Source: Mustelus asterias
Taxonomy: Eukaryota
DNA: 64,000 nt
NCBI RefSeq assembly: GCF_964213995.1
Contig: NC_135808.1
Span: 34,720,001-34,784,000, forward strand
Direction: 5' to 3'
Shown: piece after piece, positions 60,741 to 64,000 of the stretch
Position numbering within the stretch: the stretch's first letter is position 1
Layout: every line of letters begins with the position of its first letter
Translations under genes and position numbers: made by a program
Notes under the pieces: model-generated
Told to the model about the DNA's origin: nothing
Database searches by the model: none
The model's input: the letters and a program-made list of their open reading frames with translations, nothing else

Positions 60741-63240
60741 CATAAGAACATAAGAACATAAGAAATAGGAGCAGGAGTAGGCCATCTAGCCCCTCGAGCC
60801 TGCCCCGCCATTCAATAAGATCATGGCTGATCTGACGTGGATCAGTACCACTTACCCGCCTGATCCCCATAACCCTTAATTCCCTTACCGATCAGGAATC
60901 CATCCATCCGCGCTTTAAACATATTCAGCGAGGTAGCCTCCACCACCTCAGTGGGCAGAGAATTCCAGAGATTCACCACCCTCTGGGAGAAGAAGTTCCT
61001 CCTCAACTCTGTCTTAAACCGACCCCCCTTTATTTTGAGGCTGTGTCCTCTAGTTTTAACTTCCTTACTAAGTGGAAAGAATCTCTCCGCCTCCACCCTA
61101 TCCAGCCCCCGCATTATCTTATAAGTCTCCATAAGATCCCCCCTCATCCTTCTAAACTCCAACGAGTACAAACCCAATCTCCTCAGCCTCTCCTCATAAT
61201 CCAAACCCCTCATCTCCGGTATCAACCTGGTGAACCTTCTCTGCACTCCCTCCAATGCCAATATATCCTTCCTCATATAAGGGGACCAATACTGCACACA
61301 GTATTCCAGCTGCGGCCTCACCAATGCCCTGTACAGGTGCATCAAGACATCCCTGCTTTTATATTCTATCCCCCTCGCAATATAGGCCAACATCCCATTT
61401 GCCTTCTTGATCACCTGTTGTACCTGCAGACTGGGCTTTTGCGTCTCATGCACAAGGACCCCCAGGTCCCTTTGCACGGTAGCATGTTTTAATTTGTTTC
61501 CATTGAGATAGTAATCCCATTTGTTATTATTTCCTCCAAAGTGTATAACCTCGCATTTATCAACGTTATACTCCATTTGCCATATCCTCGCCCACTCACT
61601 CAGCCTGTCCAAATCTCTCTGCAGATCTTCTCCGTCCTCCACACGATTCACTTTTCCACTTATCTTTGTGTCGTCTGCAAACTTCGTTACCCTACACTCC
61701 GTCCCCTCCTCCAGATCATCTATATAAATGGTAAACAGTTGCGGCCCGAGTACCGATCCCTGTGGCACGCCACTAGTTACCTTCCTCCAACCGGAAAAAC
61801 ACCCATTTATTCCGACTCTTTGCTTCCTGTCGGATAGCCAGTCCCCAATCCACTTTAACACACTACCCCCAACTCCGTGTGCCCTAATCTTCTTCAGCAG
61901 CCTTTTATGGGGCACCTTATCAAACGCCTTTTGGAAATCCAAAAACACCGCATCCACCGGTTCTCCTCCATCAACCGCCCTAGTCACATCTTCATAAAAA
62001 TCCAACATGTTCGTCAAGCACGACTTTCCCCTCATGAATCCATGCTGCGTCTGATTGATCGAACCATTTCTATCCAGATGCCCTGCTATCTCCTCTTTAT
62101 TAATGGATTCCAGCATTTTCCCTACTACAGACGTTAAGCTGACCGGCCTATAGTTACCCGCCTTTTGTCTCCTTCCTTTTTTAAACAGCGGCGTAACATT
62201 AGCCGTTTTCCAATCAACCGGCACTACCCCAGAATGCAACGAGTTTTGATAAATAATCACTAACGCATCCACTATTACCTCTGACATTTCTTTCAATACC
62301 CTGGGATGCATTCCATCCGGACCCGGGGACTTGTCCACCTTCAGTCCCATTAGTCTACCCAGCACTGCCTCTCTGGTAACATTAATCGTATTAAGTATTT
62401 CTCCTGCTGCCAACCCTCTATCGTTAATATTTGGCATACTATTTGCGTCCTCCACCGTGAAGACCGACACAAAAAACTTATTTAAAGACTCAGCCATATC
62501 CTCATTTCCCACTATTAACTCCCCCCTCTCGTCCTCCAAGGGTCCAACATTCACTCTAGCCACTCTATTCCTTTTTATATATTTATAAAAACTTTTACTA
62601 TCATTTTTTATATTAATTGCTAGCCTAGCTTCATAGTCTATCCTTCCTTTCTTTATCGCTTTCTTAGTCTCTCTTTGTTGTTTCTTAAATTTTTCCCAAT
62701 CACTTGTTTCTCCACTATTTTTGGCCACTCTGTCCGCAGCTGTTTTTATTTTAATACTCTCCTTTATTTCCTTCGTTATCCACGGCTGGTTCTCCCTTTT
62801 CTTACAATCCTTGTTTTTTGCTGGAATATATTTTTGCTGAGAACTGAAAAGGATCTCCTTAAAAATCCTCCACTGTTCCTCAGCTATCCTACCTGCCAGC
62901 CTGCTCTCCCAGTCTACCTTAGCCAATTCATCCCTCATCCTATCATATTTCCCTCTGTTCAAACAGAGGACACTGGTTTGAGACCAAACTTTCTCCTCTT
63001 CCATCTGAATCAGAAATTCGACCATATTGTGGTCACTAGACCCAAGAGGGTCCTTCACAATAAGATCCTTAATTCTACCTACCTCGTTACACAATACCAG
63101 ATCCAAAATAGCTCGTTCCCTCGTCGATTCCGTAACATGCTGTTCAAGGAAACTATCCCGACAGCATTCTAAGAACTCTTCCTCCATTCCACCCTTACCG
63201 ACTTGAGTCTGCCAGTCAATGTGCATGTTGCATGTTGAAG
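60741..63240 (-). mobile_element. Young CR1, 5'-truncated, near-identical to the 16257-19418 copy
   Basis: Translated ORF2 differs from the 986-aa copy at only about a dozen residues by eye; same 3' UTR and tail. Confidence 0.97.
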
Positions 63241-63313
63241 CATGTTGCATGTTGAAGCATTTCAATAGAACACCCAGTGCTGCTCGAACACCTGAATTGC
63301 TTCGCTTGTACAG

Positions 63314-63430
63314 AAGTGGGGAACACAACTGAACCAGAGAAACCCAAGATCAATGTTGGAGCTGTGGGATTTGGAATTGGACTGATCATCTTGCTGGCTG
63401 GAGTGATTATGAAGCTGAGGGATGTTAAAG
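63314..63430 (+). pseudogene. MHC class II beta connecting peptide/TM/cytoplasmic exon
   Basis: CAG acceptor, GTAAGA donor, phase 1/1; (E)VGNTTEPEKPKINVGAVGFGIGLIILLAGVIMKLRDVK(G) aligns without gaps to the class II beta pattern [29 protein letters not shown] (GxxGxxxGxxxxxxG). Confidence 0.92.
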
Positions 63431-64000
63431 GTAAGATTCCGTCCCTGTCTCCATAAGATAGGTAGCATCAACCCTTTAACGATTATCTGAGGCTGATGCT
63501 AGGCAGACTGTTTGTATGCACTGTACAAAACCTCCAAGCTGTTGGCTGGGAACAAGTTTGACATGTTAACAATAGTGGGAAAAAACCCTTGCATGAAGAG
63601 CAGTCAGTGCTGGTTTGAGTCTTGATGAATGTAAAGTAAAGGTTGTGCTCAAGACAACAGCAGTGTAACTGGGATTTGTACTTTTAGAGAATTGATATTC
63701 TGCACATTAGCACATTATCACAGATTGTGGTTGAATGTCAATGGGTTGGATATGTAATGGACTTTATTAATGGCCCTGCACCAGAGGAACATTGCCTATA
63801 TTCTACTTGTAACATAGTGAAGTTGCAATCCAGTAACTGTTAGAAGTTTGTCAGAATTTCAGTGAATCAGGAATGATGAAAAGCAAGCAGTGGAGTTCCA
63901 TTCAGGGGAATGGAACCTTAAATTAGATATAGCATTGAGATGTTGGATTGTGCATGGACAAAAAAAACACTTAAATGCCGCAAACGACAAGCTTGTGCTT

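Noticed and set aside
63241-63328. Novel N-terminal extension on the 828-aa CR1 ORF
   Set aside because: Chance read-through from flanking intron/antisense exon sequence into a 5'-truncated CR1.
58005-63430. W-category, class I or class II alpha identity for the MHC exons
   Set aside because: LLSNGDW together with the GxxGxxxGxxxxxxG TM pattern fits class II beta; the alpha-type CxxGxxxGxxGxxxG pattern is absent.

Overview
Repeat-dense vertebrate genomic DNA, most likely from a shark or other cartilaginous fish (HE1-type tRNA/V-SINEs, many CR1 LINE subfamilies, Rex-Babar, RTE, Penelope-like GIY-YIG elements, Harbinger, Gypsy). Buried in the repeats on the + strand is a decayed MHC class II beta-chain gene: an S-X-Y promoter (~15.9 kb), a leader exon with a stop and a damaged donor (~16.1 kb), a beta2 Ig-C1 exon with a 10-nt frameshifting deletion (58005-58276) and a CP/TM exon (63314-63430). 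I could not find a beta1 exon. The most unusual object is a 1.07-kb minus-strand element (14260-15331) splitting an HE1 SINE. It starts with the 28S rRNA sequence that precedes the R2 target site, folds into a complete HDV-like ribozyme, carries only the N-terminus of an R2-like ORF up to a broken zinc finger, then jumps to a structured 3' tail. This reads as a short, internally deleted, non-autonomous R2 derivative inserted outside rDNA, about 0.6 kb upstream of the MHC promoter. Also present are five minimal hammerhead motifs in Penelope pseudo-LTRs, a structured module in a CR1 3' UTR, and a second inverted X-Y box. All calls were made by eye with no database searches, and repeat boundaries are approximate unless stated.
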